DNA of 64,000 nucleotides from Patescibacteria group bacterium UBA1388 (GTDB lineage Bacteria > Patescibacteriota > Microgenomatia > UBA1400 > PJMF01). The position numbers were made by a program, and so were the translations under genes. Where the stretch lies: contig DBQS01000014.1 of assembly GCA_002305355.1 (NCBI GenBank), positions 4,720 through 68,719 of the forward strand. The letters run 5' to 3'. The notes below the pieces were generated by a model, which saw only the letters and a list, made by a program, of their open reading frames with translations, ran no database searches and was not told the origin of the DNA. Positions 37,534 to 47,412 of the stretch are shown one piece after another; positions within the stretch are counted from its first letter, which is position 1; each line of letters starts with the position of its first letter.

Positions 37534-39006
37534 TTATCCTTTTGACTTTTGGCTGGGACCGAGTAGAAAAATCATGATCACGCTCAGGACCACGCTTAAC
37601 AAACGTCCTGTTTGGAGGGTAAGTAAATAGTGGTCGAGAGCAGCAATAGGTAGCATCATCCAACCTAACATATTTAATTGTTGCCAGCAAATTTTCTTTC
37701 GAAAATTTGCGTAGAGGGCTATTATCCAGCACACCCCGAGAAAACCAGTTTCTGCCAGCCAGAGCAAACCTAGATGGTGAGCAGGCTGGGCAAAGCGGAC
37801 TAACTCTCGACTGGGGAGAGTAGATTTAATTTGGGTAGTAAACAAATTCAGGCCGGTACCGACAAGTGGTTGCTGAATGAAAATTTGCAGTGCCGCGTGA
37901 TTCAACCAAGCGCGACGAGCCAGGGATAAATTTTCTGGATATAATTTGGTGAAAACTGAGACAATGATTGGCATTAGGAAAAATGTAATTAGCAACCAAA
38001 AAGACCGTCGATTAAGAGGCAACCACGATGGTAGATAAAAATGTTTACCGATCGTTGCCCGCAGTTGCTGAAGAGTTTTGACAGTGTGAGAGTAACTGGT
38101 TGATAAAGTTAATTTTTTTAAATAGGGAATCAACATCCAGCTACCAATTGCAAACGTGAGTAAAGCAGACAGACTTTGGGTGATATAAATGATAATTAGC
38201 GTGCAAATGAGTAATACCAATCCAATTAATTTAGCAATTGGCGTTTGTTTAGCTGTTTTCACAAACAGCCATCGCCAGGAGATAAGGGTGTACACAACGA
38301 CAACACCAGCCAAGACATTGGGATGAGCAGTAGTGCCATAAGCTAAGGAGACTTCTCTTCCTCCCAGATTAGCGTGGGCGATGCCATATGGGACTGTTAA
38401 TGACACTTCTCCCAAAAAAGCATATCCCCACACGCTGGACTGTGTCCAAAACTGAATCAGAGCGACTGTGGTTTGGAAGATAATAGTCGCCACCAGTGCC
38501 CACCACACCAGTGAATAACTTGACTCAATTGACCATCGGCTCAAAGATGATATTGGCAGCTTATTGCTAAACAGCAGGTAGTGATTAACGATCAATACCC
38601 AGCCTAACAATATTGCTGTAAGCAAGTGAAGAGTAAACCAGCCACTTATGAGTAGATGAGGAGATAATAGCTGGCGGACAATCAGCAGCAATGACAGCAA
38701 AATTAGTAGTTTTAGTTTAGAGGATGCACCCCATTTTCTTCGAAAAGAACTCCACATTGCGAAATAATAATTGTTGATTGTTGATTGTGATTGTTCAATC
38801 CACCAGAGATAAAATCCTAATCCTATGACTAGCCATACCACCAAATCTGTCAAATATAATTTGGGAAGCAAATAGTCTACCCGGAGGCCAGTGACATATC
38901 CAAAATTTTCAGACAATACAATAAATAAATTGCTCGGTATCAGAAAAATTAAAATTGCGACGCTGATGAGAAAGAAATATCTAACTAGCTTTGCAGCATT
39001 TAGCAT
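37534..39006 (-). CDS. O-antigen ligase (Wzy_C) family membrane protein
   Basis: AYGTTAHPNVLAG, PLVGTGLNLF, QPAHH...LAETGFLG; many TMs. Confidence 0.85.
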   Translation of the reverse strand: MLNAAKLVRYFFLISVAILIFLIPSNLFIVLSENFGYVTGLRVDYLLPKLYLTDLVVWLVIGLGFYLWWIEQSQSTINNYYFAMWSSFRRKWGASSKLKLLILLSLLLIVRQLLSPHLLISGWFTLHLLTAILLGWVLIVNHYLLFSNKLPISSLSRWSIESSYSLVWWALVATIIFQTTVALIQFWTQSSVWGYAFLGEVSLTVPYGIAHANLGGREVSLAYGTTAHPNVLAGVVVVYTLISWRWLFVKTAKQTPIAKLIGLVLLICTLIIIYITQSLSALLTFAIGSWMLIPYLKKLTLSTSYSHTVKTLQQLRATIGKHFYLPSWLPLNRRSFWLLITFFLMPIIVSVFTKLYPENLSLARRAWLNHAALQIFIQQPLVGTGLNLFTTQIKSTLPSRELVRFAQPAHHLGLLWLAETGFLGVCWIIALYANFRKKICWQQLNMLGWMMLPIAALDHYLLTLQTGRLLSVVLSVIMIFLLGPSQKSKG

Positions 39007-40992
39007 TTACAGTGACCCAATTAGTTTGGCCTGAAATTTTTGTGTGATGGTGTCGATTATTTTTTGCCTGATGGGCTGTACTTCAGTTGAAGAAAGTGAA
39101 CGTTGAGGGTCATTAAATGTAATTTCAAAAGTCATGTTATGCTGATAAGTGTCTTTTAATTCGACAGATGTAATTTTTGGATGAAGCGAAATAATGATAT
39201 CGATCACTTTGCCGACCGCAGTTTTAGGTGGCAGCTGAAACGTTAAATCTTCCTTTAACGCTTCACCTTTAGAAATTGGTTGGTAATGAGGGTGAGTCTT
39301 GAGATGTGGCAGTAGTTTTGAAAAATTAATTTCTACCGCAATTCTGCTTTGGGGGAGGATTTTAATTGTTCCAACCAGATTAGTGCCAGAGTCATTGCCG
39401 ATGAGCAGATCGGCTACCAAGTTAGAAGTTTGGTTGATGGTTATTTGGTCAACGAAAAAGCGACTTAAAAGCGCTTCTATTTCTCCCCTCAGTTTACGAT
39501 AAGGCAAATTGCAGACCAACGTCAGGTGAAGTTCTTGTTTTGGTAGCTTGCTGGTTTGAGGGTGATAAACATGAGCCAACTCAAATAGTGCCAGTTGTTT
39601 TTTATCTGAATGTTGATCCATTACTTCCAACAGAGACGGAACCAGACTGCGTCTTAAATAAACTCGATCATCTGTTAAGGGATTGGCTAGTTTGAGATGA
39701 TCAGTGAGTGGGTAGCCCGATTGAGTTGCCAAATCAGCGCTAACCATCGAGTATGTGTAAAGTTCTTGCCAACCCAAGTCGGCGAGCATTTCTTTGACCC
39801 GGTGCTCAATTTCAAATCTCATCTCAGTTGGCCGGTCGGTGGGAATCGGGGTGGCCATCAATTTGCTCGGCAAATTATGATAACCATAGATGCGCGCGAG
39901 CTCTTCGATCACATCGACTGCGAGCGCTAAGTCAGCCCGATAAGTGGGTGGAGTGACAGTTAAGGTTTGATCATCTGGCCACGCAACTTCACAACCAAGA
40001 TCAGTAAGAATGTGATTAATTTGGTTTTTAGGCAAATCTAAGCCGAGGTAGGCATTGATTTTGTGAGTGGTCAGGGTAATTTTTGCTGCCTGAGATAGTT
40101 GAGGAAAATCATCATAGACTGGACTGCCAATTTGCGCGGCGCAGATCTCTTGATAAAGTTGAGTTGCTCTTTTCAAAACATCCTCTGCCAAGTATGGATC
40201 AACCTTCTTTTCCATCAGTTGCGCCGCGACGGTGCGAATGGCATGTGTCATACTCGCAAACCGCACTTTTTGCGCGTCAATTGATTCCATTAGGAGCAGA
40301 ATATTGGTGGTCTGGTCGTTAACTGAAGTATTGGCGGTACCCTTAATTGACGGCAAATCGATGATGTCGCCGGCTGGGTTTTTGAAAACTACTTCACCCC
40401 CAACGGTGATAAAAGATTCACCATCAAGAGTGGTAAATTTCTCACCAGCAGCAGCCTCGGTGATAATGATTTCTCCCCCCTGCTCCATGACTTTGTCATA
40501 GTCAAAGGCGTGACAAGGATGGCCGAGTTCATGAGTGACGTAGTTGGTGATATCAATGGCGGCATCATGGACGTTCATTTCTATTTGTTGTAGTCTGTGA
40601 GCCATCCATTCTGGAGTGGGGTTGCGTTTAATGTTTGTCAAAATCACACACATAGTACGTTTGTTAAGTTGAGGATGATTAGTGATTTTAGGCAGTGGTA
40701 AGGGTGGATCAATGGACGGTTTGATCTCGATGCTCTCAGCAGGCTTAGGTTTTAACTTAGCTGGTACATTGGTCTGTTGTAGAATGACTGTGGCCTCGCG
40801 CGCGATGCCGCGCACAGACATGCTGTCCACCCGATTGGTAGTCACTTCAATGTCGTAGACTTGATCCCCCGCCCGCTCCTCTACTCGTTCCACGGATGGA
40901 CCAGACAATGACAGCAACCGCTGAATATCATCAGGGCTCGCCTCGGTTTCGAGGTGGTCAAGCAGCCAGTCGTGGGGAATCAGAATGTTCAT
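39007..40992 (-). CDS. pheT: Phenylalanine--tRNA ligase beta subunit (no OB domain)
   Basis: IEVTTNRVD, DITNYV..ELGHPCHAFD, PPTYRADL...DVIEELARIYGY, LRRSLVPSLL. Confidence 0.95.
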   Translation of the reverse strand: MNILIPHDWLLDHLETEASPDDIQRLLSLSGPSVERVEERAGDQVYDIEVTTNRVDSMSVRGIAREATVILQQTNVPAKLKPKPAESIEIKPSIDPPLPLPKITNHPQLNKRTMCVILTNIKRNPTPEWMAHRLQQIEMNVHDAAIDITNYVTHELGHPCHAFDYDKVMEQGGEIIITEAAAGEKFTTLDGESFITVGGEVVFKNPAGDIIDLPSIKGTANTSVNDQTTNILLLMESIDAQKVRFASMTHAIRTVAAQLMEKKVDPYLAEDVLKRATQLYQEICAAQIGSPVYDDFPQLSQAAKITLTTHKINAYLGLDLPKNQINHILTDLGCEVAWPDDQTLTVTPPTYRADLALAVDVIEELARIYGYHNLPSKLMATPIPTDRPTEMRFEIEHRVKEMLADLGWQELYTYSMVSADLATQSGYPLTDHLKLANPLTDDRVYLRRSLVPSLLEVMDQHSDKKQLALFELAHVYHPQTSKLPKQELHLTLVCNLPYRKLRGEIEALLSRFFVDQITINQTSNLVADLLIGNDSGTNLVGTIKILPQSRIAVEINFSKLLPHLKTHPHYQPISKGEALKEDLTFQLPPKTAVGKVIDIIISLHPKITSVELKDTYQHNMTFEITFNDPQRSLSSTEVQPIRQKIIDTITQKFQAKLIGSL

Positions 40993-41003
40993 ATTGGTTT
41001 TTT

Positions 41004-41420
41004 CTACCCACTAATTAGCGGCATTATCTCTATATTTGGATAAGATAAATACTTATAGATTATAACCAAGACATTAAATGTCAGTGCCCCAAGGATCAGA
41101 ATTAGTAATTCGATAAGGTAATATTTTCTAGAGTGTGAAATTTGCACATTTTTTGAAGCAAGTGATAATACAAATTGGATACTTAATCTAGTGATCATAA
41201 AGATTGAATAAAAGATTACCCAAAAAAATAGACTGGAGACATTACTGTCAAGAGAACCTAGAGCATATTCCCACCGGGTTTGAAAACGATATGGACCACC
41301 AAAAGATCCATAACCCAGATTCCATATGATAATGCTAGTTATAATCCATGATACCAAAACGCTAGTAATAACGACTAATATCTGCAATAGAATGACTATT
41401 CTTTTATGTTGATTGTTCAT
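41004..41420 (-). CDS. Small multi-TM hypothetical protein
   Basis: 138 aa, about 3 hydrophobic helices, AT-rich. Confidence 0.7.
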   Translation of the reverse strand: MNNQHKRIVILLQILVVITSVLVSWIITSIIIWNLGYGSFGGPYRFQTRWEYALGSLDSNVSSLFFWVIFYSIFMITRLSIQFVLSLASKNVQISHSRKYYLIELLILILGALTFNVLVIIYKYLSYPNIEIMPLISG

Positions 41421-41429
41421 GTTTCAAAG

Positions 41430-41825
41430 CTATTTTCCGTGCATAAACATTTCTTCGGTTGTATACGGTTCCAAATTTGGATGGGTTAGGTAACACCATT
41501 TCTCGTCCCACTCGAATAATGTTGCGACGCTGATGATGATTGGAATAGCATAAAGAATTAATACCCCAATTAATAATGGTTTTTTAATCGCAACAAATCT
41601 TCTAATAGATCCAAGGTGAAAAATTGTCAAAATAAGTAAATATGCAATCATAAATAAAATTATTCGATCTTGACCACCATTGGTGAACCTACATGATTGA
41701 CATTCATCCATTGGAAAACAGCCAATTAAAGATGTAAATCCCAAAAAATAATCGATAAAAATATATATCAAAGCAACTATGCTAGCAGCAATAATTTTTA
41801 GTAAGGGCTTAATTAGTTTTTTCAT
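41430..41825 (-). CDS. Small multi-TM hypothetical protein
   Basis: 131 aa, about 3 helices, loop Cys residues, AT-rich. Confidence 0.7.
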   Translation of the reverse strand: MKKLIKPLLKIIAASIVALIYIFIDYFLGFTSLIGCFPMDECQSCRFTNGGQDRIILFMIAYLLILTIFHLGSIRRFVAIKKPLLIGVLILYAIPIIISVATLFEWDEKWCYLTHPNLEPYTTEEMFMHGK

Positions 41826-41874
41826 GTTTTTGCAAAGTAATTAATTATCCATGGGTGTGGGATGAGGATGTTCA

Positions 41875-42927
41875 TTAAAACTGCTCCAAAAATCTTAAGT
41901 CGCCGCTGTAAATCAGGCGAATATCATCAATGTTCATGCCTTCTTTGAGCGTGTAAGTACGTTCCACGCCCCAACCAAAGGCAAATCCAGTGTATTTTTC
42001 CGGGTCAATGCCGCCAGCTTTGAGTACGTTCGGATGCACCATGCCGGCGCCTCCCACTTCATGCCAGCCAGACTTACAAAACTTGCATTTCTGCTTGGTG
42101 CCATCCTCGGTCACTACTTGACCAGTACCGCCGCAAATATGGCAAGAAAAATCGACTTCCAAAGATGGTTCAGTGAACTGAAAGTGAAAAGGCCTAATCC
42201 GACTTTTGGTGCCTGGTCCGTAGAATTCTTGGGCAAAGTAATCGAGTGTACCTTTCAAATGTTGGAGAGAAATACCCTTGTCGATCACTAATCCTTCGAA
42301 TTGGTGAAACATCTGGGTATGCGTAGCGTCTTGTTGTCGGCGGTAGCAACGGGCAATGTTGATCATCCTGATGGGTGGTTGTGAATCAAGTCTTTCCATT
42401 TCTCGGACTTGGCCATTTGAAGTATGGGTGGTCAAAACCATTTTGCCTTTTTCTTGATCTTCCGGAGCATCAATAAAGAACGTTTCCCATTCATCACGCG
42501 CCGGATGATTTTTGGGCATGTTCAGACTTTCAAAAACGTACCAATCCCAATCAACTTCTGGATATCTGACTCTAGTAAAACCAATTCGCTCAAAAATGCG
42601 GGTAATTTCGTCCATGGCTTGGGAGATGGGATGCAAATGGCCCACGTGTGGTTTAATGCCAGGTGCAGTCAAGTCGATCCAATCAGCCGCTTCAGGTTGA
42701 GATGTTTCCTGATTGGCGATGTGATTTTCCAAAAAAGTTTTGAACTGATTCAAGAGGATGCCTGCCTGCTTACGCTCGGTTGGATCAATCTGCGTTAATA
42801 CTTGGGCAATTTGATTGAAGTGCCCCTTTTTCCCTAAATACTTGCTCCGCAAACCGCTGCTGATGGTTTCTGAAGCAAGCTGGGTCTTGAGCAGCTTAAT
42901 TTGTTGTTTTAATTCGGCAATGGTCAT
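41875..42927 (-). CDS. pheS: Phenylalanine--tRNA ligase alpha subunit
   Basis: GHLHP, HPARD, THTS, FHQFEGL, FQFTEPS, GAGMVHPNVL, GFAFGWGVER. Confidence 0.97.
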   Translation of the reverse strand: MTIAELKQQIKLLKTQLASETISSGLRSKYLGKKGHFNQIAQVLTQIDPTERKQAGILLNQFKTFLENHIANQETSQPEAADWIDLTAPGIKPHVGHLHPISQAMDEITRIFERIGFTRVRYPEVDWDWYVFESLNMPKNHPARDEWETFFIDAPEDQEKGKMVLTTHTSNGQVREMERLDSQPPIRMINIARCYRRQQDATHTQMFHQFEGLVIDKGISLQHLKGTLDYFAQEFYGPGTKSRIRPFHFQFTEPSLEVDFSCHICGGTGQVVTEDGTKQKCKFCKSGWHEVGGAGMVHPNVLKAGGIDPEKYTGFAFGWGVERTYTLKEGMNIDDIRLIYSGDLRFLEQF

Positions 42928-43140
42928 ATTTTAAATTACGGCAAATTTAAACTTAAGCATACTTGAACTTAGACAAACTGTTCATTATTGTACCAGCTTC
43001 TCGGGCTTGATGTTGGTTCGAGATTATCGTTTTCTAAATTGACTAGTTAGTCATTTTGATCGTTTTATAAAGACTAATCAACCGAGATCAGTGCACCATC
43101 AACGTACCATCAGCAAACTTGAGCGGCTTTATTTTTTTAC

Positions 43141-43165
43141 AAAAAATCCCGCCTGGTGGCGGGAT
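43141..43165 (-). terminator. Rho-independent terminator after rplT
   Basis: Minus strand ATCCCGCC-acca-GGCGGGAT followed by T-run. Confidence 0.85.
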
Positions 43166-43196
43166 GCTTGTTTGTCACTTATTACTACAAAAATGC

Positions 43197-43547
43197 TTAC
43201 CGCACCGTTGCTACAACTTGCTTAAAAGCATTAAAATCTGAAACGGCAAGTTCGGCGAGTATTTTGCGGTCTAAAGCAACTTTTTTATCATTCAGCTGTT
43301 TGATAAAACGGGAGTACTTCAGATCAGGATCAACCGTCTGTAGAGCGGCATTGATTCTAGTGATCCACAAACGGCGCATGTCACGCTTGCGTAATTTTCG
43401 ACCAATATAAGCATATTGACCAGCATGCAGATTGGCCTCTTTTGCCCTTTTGTACAAACGGCTATTAGTGCCGCGAAAACCCTTGTTTTGTTTCAAAATC
43501 TTCTTGTGACGTTTCCGACGGGTAATTCCGGTATTTACTCTTGGCAT
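43197..43547 (-). CDS. rplT: 50S ribosomal protein L20
   Basis: MPRV...RKRDMRRLWITRINAA...LDRKILAELA. Confidence 0.97.
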   Translation of the reverse strand: MPRVNTGITRRKRHKKILKQNKGFRGTNSRLYKRAKEANLHAGQYAYIGRKLRKRDMRRLWITRINAALQTVDPDLKYSRFIKQLNDKKVALDRKILAELAVSDFNAFKQVVATVR

Positions 43548-43576
43548 ATTGCTTTCTCTATCTTATCGAGTCGATT

Positions 43577-43783
43577 TTAAGCGACTCCTACCATTTGCTT
43601 AATTTTTTTAGCGATGGCGCCTTTCATTTCTACTGGAATTCGGTAGGCGCGAATAGCTTTTTTACTTTTTTTGCGGCGTAGATGACGCATGTTTTGTGAA
43701 CGGCGAAGCACTTTACCACTGGCTGTGATTTTAAAGCGTTGGGCAACGCCTTTTCTGGTTTTATGTTTATTTTTTTTGATCAT
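43577..43783 (-). CDS. rpmI: 50S ribosomal protein L35
   Basis: KHKTRKGVAQRFKITASGK; infC-rpmI-rplT order. Confidence 0.95.
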   Translation of the reverse strand: MIKKNKHKTRKGVAQRFKITASGKVLRRSQNMRHLRRKKSKKAIRAYRIPVEMKGAIAKKIKQMVGVA

Positions 43784-44375
43784 CTTGAATTCCCGTTGCG
43801 ACTGTTGATTGTTGTTTTTTTACGTCTTTGCTGCTGACAGGTTGCAGCTGGGCAATTAGTTTTTTACCCAACATTTTTGGTTCCATCTCCAGAGTAGCAA
43901 TTTCTTCAGTGGCGCTCATAACTCTCTGAAACATGTTGAAGCCAAACTCTTTTTTAGTGATTTGTCTGCCTTTAAATTGTAGAGAAAGCCTGACTTTATC
44001 ACCTCTTTTGAGAAAGGATTCCACTTTTTTTAATCTTGAATCAAAGTCGCCATCGCTCATAAAAGGTGTGAAGCGCACTTCTTTAATCTCTTGAGCTTTT
44101 GCTTTTTTTCTACTTTCTCTATCCTTTTGTTGTTGTTGATACTTGTATTTGCTAATGCTGATAATTTTTGCGACCGGTGGTTGCGCCTTGTCGGCAATCA
44201 GCACTAAATCTTTTTCAGCAACTCTTGCTTTTTCAATTGCATCTCTGGTGCTCATTACACCCAACTGGCCACCCTTCTCGTCAAGCACTCTCACTTCAGC
44301 GGCTCTGATTTGATGATTGGCAGTCACCCAAACACGTGTGTTGGAGTGATGCTTCATTGGTCTTTTCCGAATCAC
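43767..44375 (-). CDS. infC: Translation initiation factor IF-3
   Basis: NHQIRAAEVRV, DLVLI..A.PPVAKI, KEVRF, GDKV; non-ATG start (GTG or following ATT) as usual for infC. Confidence 0.96.
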   Translation of the reverse strand: MIRKRPMKHHSNTRVWVTANHQIRAAEVRVLDEKGGQLGVMSTRDAIEKARVAEKDLVLIADKAQPPVAKIISISKYKYQQQQKDRESRKKAKAQEIKEVRFTPFMSDGDFDSRLKKVESFLKRGDKVRLSLQFKGRQITKKEFGFNMFQRVMSATEEIATLEMEPKMLGKKLIAQLQPVSSKDVKKQQSTVATGIQDDQKK

Positions 44376-44592
44376 CAGGTTTTACTCTTTCTAGCAAGTT
44401 CTTTACTTGTTATATCTTTTCTTTCTTGAAGAACTGGTATTGTATCTCTAGTCAGAAAAAAATGCAAAGACAATTACCTAAGACAGGTATTATAACATTT
44501 TGTAGGCTCAGGTCTTGCGGACTTAATTGATTGGATTTCTTACATTTGGTACTTCCCAATAGCTTGAGGTATAATGCAAGCTCTGGATATTG

Positions 44593-44669
44593 GAACTCGT
44601 AGCTCAGTTGGTTAGAGCGCTTCGTTGACATCGAAGAGGTCAGAGGTTCGAGTCCTCTCGAGTTCACCA
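44593..44669 (+). tRNA. tRNA-Val(GAC)
   Basis: Full cloverleaf GAACTCG/CGAGTTC, anticodon arm CTTCG-TTGACAT-CGAAG, T arm, encoded CCA; TATAAT upstream. Confidence 0.97.
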
Positions 44670-44717
44670 AATTTAAAATTCTTTGTTCTATTCGATTCTA
44701 TTCGAAAAATCAAGGTA

Positions 44718-45017
44718 TTATCTTAGCATTTCTATCATGCTGGTTTCGTAATACGGCACATTTCTAGCTCCTTGATCTGGTCTCCCATTAATAATCATGA
44801 GTTTGTCTAGCTCATCATCAGTTAATTTAAAAATTTGGAGCACATCAGTATCTAGTGCATAAGCCAGCTTAAAAGCGAGGTATAAAGATGGCAGCCTCTT
44901 GCCTTTTTCAATGGCAGCAATGCATTGTCTGGTCACTTGGGTTCGATCTGCCAATGTTGATTGAGAAAGATTGCAATAAGTTCTAAATTTGTGGAGACGG
45001 CTGCTGATAGGTTGCAA
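44718..45017 (-). CDS. XRE-family HTH regulator
   Basis: LSQSTLADRTQVTRQCIAAIEKGKRLPSLYLAFKLA; TTG start is uncertain. Confidence 0.85.
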   Translation of the reverse strand: MQPISSRLHKFRTYCNLSQSTLADRTQVTRQCIAAIEKGKRLPSLYLAFKLAYALDTDVLQIFKLTDDELDKLMIINGRPDQGARNVPYYETSMIEMLR

Positions 45018-45090
45018 ATTATGGAAGAGTTTATCATGAGTCCATTGCGCGAAGTGTAGGATATAGAGAGCACACTCCCCTATGTGAAAC

Positions 45091-45142
45091 TAGGCAACAA
45101 AATGTAACATTTTGGGGTTCGAATGTTAACTTTAGTTGCCTA
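45091..45142. promoter_or_regulatory. 21-bp imperfect inverted repeat, putative XRE operator pair
   Basis: TAGGCAACAAAATGTAACATT vs revcomp of right arm TAGGCAACTAAAGTTAACATT (18/21), 10-bp spacer. Confidence 0.6.
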
Positions 45143-45467
45143 CTTTGGGAAAGGATGGCCTTGCTCGCAGGGGGTTGCTGAGGAGAATATCAAAAATTAA
45201 GATCACTTGAAAATGGTTGGGTTAATTACTTAGATATGCTATTTATTCGAGATTATTACATATTTAGAAGTGCCAGATCGGTGTCGTTGTGGCCTGCTTG
45301 GCAAGCGTGTTAAGCATTCTGCTGATGTTTACCGTGGAATTTATGATGCTCATGCTCTCCAGTGTGATTGTGGTGATGCTGAGCAGGGCGTTTGTGTAAA
45401 AAAGTCGACAATTAATTAATCAAATAGGAAAACAAGATTAATCAAACTGATAATTAGTGATAAAAGT

Positions 45468-46190
45468 TTAGGCACCCATGTGGGCTGATTTCTCGTGATG
45501 AAAAGTGTCTTGAATCTGTTTGGTGGCTTTATACCCCACCCCAAATCCTCTCTTCCTTCTACCAACAGCCAGCCATGAGGAAGAATCACCTGGATTTAAC
45601 TTTGAAATGAGCCAACCAATGTAGGTGTAGTAGTTATCATAATAAGCACCTGTTTCAAGTTCTTCTGGAAGCCGTGTGGACAAACTATTTTCTATCTCTT
45701 GTGGAGCCTGCTTTTGCCTTGCTAATGCAAGTAACTGACCTCTCATTTGCTCGATTTTTGCCTGAACCTCACGCTCTCTTGCATCATAAATTGCAGTCTG
45801 TTCTTTGCCTTGACGATCTAATGCCAAAGCTCTTTGTGCCTCACGGGATTGAACCAACTCCGCTTGTTGTTTTGCAAACTCTCCGGGAAATTTGTGGGAA
45901 TCTAAATTATTGTCAACTTGTGCCATTGAGGTAGCATCGCGATTTTGCCCATTTGCAATCATCTGATAGAGGTCTTGCAGGTTACTTGGATCACCAAATT
46001 CGCCAAGACCAACTTGGTTTTGATTGGGAGATTCCTGAGTATTCCCAGCGGCTGACCGCAATCTTTTGGCAAACTCACCCAAGTCATCGATCCCTGGTAC
46101 ATCACCAGTTTGATTACTGATTTCAGGCCAAGCGACAGGAGACTGATTTGTCCCCAGATGTCTGACTGCTGATGTTGGGTTGGTTTTCAT
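45468..46190 (-). CDS. CPR-type hypothetical protein (DUF5660-like)
   Basis: Coiled coil EVQAKIEQMRGQLLALA, G.YY..YY, SSSWL...RKRG pattern recalled for this family; not verified by search. Confidence 0.55.
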   Translation of the reverse strand: MKTNPTSAVRHLGTNQSPVAWPEISNQTGDVPGIDDLGEFAKRLRSAAGNTQESPNQNQVGLGEFGDPSNLQDLYQMIANGQNRDATSMAQVDNNLDSHKFPGEFAKQQAELVQSREAQRALALDRQGKEQTAIYDAREREVQAKIEQMRGQLLALARQKQAPQEIENSLSTRLPEELETGAYYDNYYTYIGWLISKLNPGDSSSWLAVGRRKRGFGVGYKATKQIQDTFHHEKSAHMGA

Positions 46191-46228
46191 TTAATTGATT
46201 TGATTATTGAATCTTACACCTTCAAGTT

Positions 46229-46269
46229 CCAACTATTATAAGCTGATATAGTTGGCTAGTCAATGTATT
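46229..46269 (-). promoter_or_regulatory. Sigma70 promoter with overlapping palindrome
   Basis: TTGACT-17-TATAAT on the minus strand; CCAACTAT...ATAGTTGG inverted repeat brackets the -10. Confidence 0.75.
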
Positions 46270-46372
46270 GATCTGATATATTTAATTCTTAAACCGTATT
46301 ATACCAAAAATACCCGCGAAAAGGGCGAGCGGTTGTGGGCAGGTTAATAGCGCCATTTTAGAAAATTGTGAC

Positions 46373-47329
46373 TTAAATTGCAAGCAGATGCGCGGTGACT
46401 TTGTTTCTGATCAAGGTTTGCGCCAATGCGCGGCGGTAATGTTGATTTTCTAAATAGATTTTTTGCGAATCTTCAGGCAAGTTTTTCTTGATGTAAGCTG
46501 CAATTTCATCGTCTGAAACTGTCAGCTTAGCCTCAGCAGCAATGCTATCTAAAATGAAGACGACTTGGATTCTACCTAGAGCACCAATTGTCAACTCTTC
46601 TGATAGCTTCTCAAAAGTGAGTTTGCGTCGTTCCAGATAATCATCTAGTTCCAGTTTCATCGATTGTAACTGCCTGACAAGCTGATCAAGGTCTGCTCTT
46701 ACTTCTTGTTTGACAATCAATTCCGGAATAATAGGTTTGAAATTCTGCACAAGAGCCTGGTAGATAACTTGAAGGCGGTACTCGTTTTTTTGCTCCTCGG
46801 TAGGGGGTTTTGAGGTTGGTGTTTCATTTGATTTGGTTGCAGAGGCATCTTTGTGTTTGGTTTTTGATTTTACTATTTCTTTTTCTTGCACCCTCAATTT
46901 TTGGTCAGCATCTTTTTTAGCTTTTGAGACAATCTTTTGATAATTTGGCACTTTAATAACCGGTTTTTCAGCAAACTGAGCTTCTAGTACTACTTCATTA
47001 CCCTTAGCAAATTTAATGGGTCTAAATTCTGGTTGAGTAACAGGGCTTTTGCCGGCTTTTTTTATCGCTTCAGTGTAAGCAGTTGGCAGCAATTTTTCTA
47101 ATGATCTTTCTAAAATTTTATCGCTGCCAATTCTTTCTTCAACTAACTCAGCCGGTACCTTCCCCTGACGAAAACCATCACTTTTCATGGTTTTTGCTAA
47201 TTCGCGGATAGTTTTTTGATACGCGGGTTTAACTTTCTCCCAGGGAAGGGTAATTCTGAGCGTATCATTTGCGCCGATTAAGGGTTTTTCTACAGAGGTT
47301 GTGGTTTTGGTAGATTTTTTGATTGCCAT
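46373..47329 (-). CDS. tig: Trigger factor lacking the FKBP domain
   Basis: DGFRQGKVP signature plus C-terminal domain (IPELIVKQE, IAAEAKLTVSDDEI); start reassigned to ATG 47329. Confidence 0.9.
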   Translation of the reverse strand: MAIKKSTKTTTSVEKPLIGANDTLRITLPWEKVKPAYQKTIRELAKTMKSDGFRQGKVPAELVEERIGSDKILERSLEKLLPTAYTEAIKKAGKSPVTQPEFRPIKFAKGNEVVLEAQFAEKPVIKVPNYQKIVSKAKKDADQKLRVQEKEIVKSKTKHKDASATKSNETPTSKPPTEEQKNEYRLQVIYQALVQNFKPIIPELIVKQEVRADLDQLVRQLQSMKLELDDYLERRKLTFEKLSEELTIGALGRIQVVFILDSIAAEAKLTVSDDEIAAYIKKNLPEDSQKIYLENQHYRRALAQTLIRNKVTAHLLAI

Positions 47330-47412
47330 AAGGTGGCTATTATAACTGATGATGGCAAGTGATTTGACTACCACTTGTGTTTTTGGGTCATGATGAGTAC
47401 ATTATCCCTAAT

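Noticed and set aside
44452-44670. 72-aa ORF
   Set aside because: Antisense shadow of tRNA-Val.
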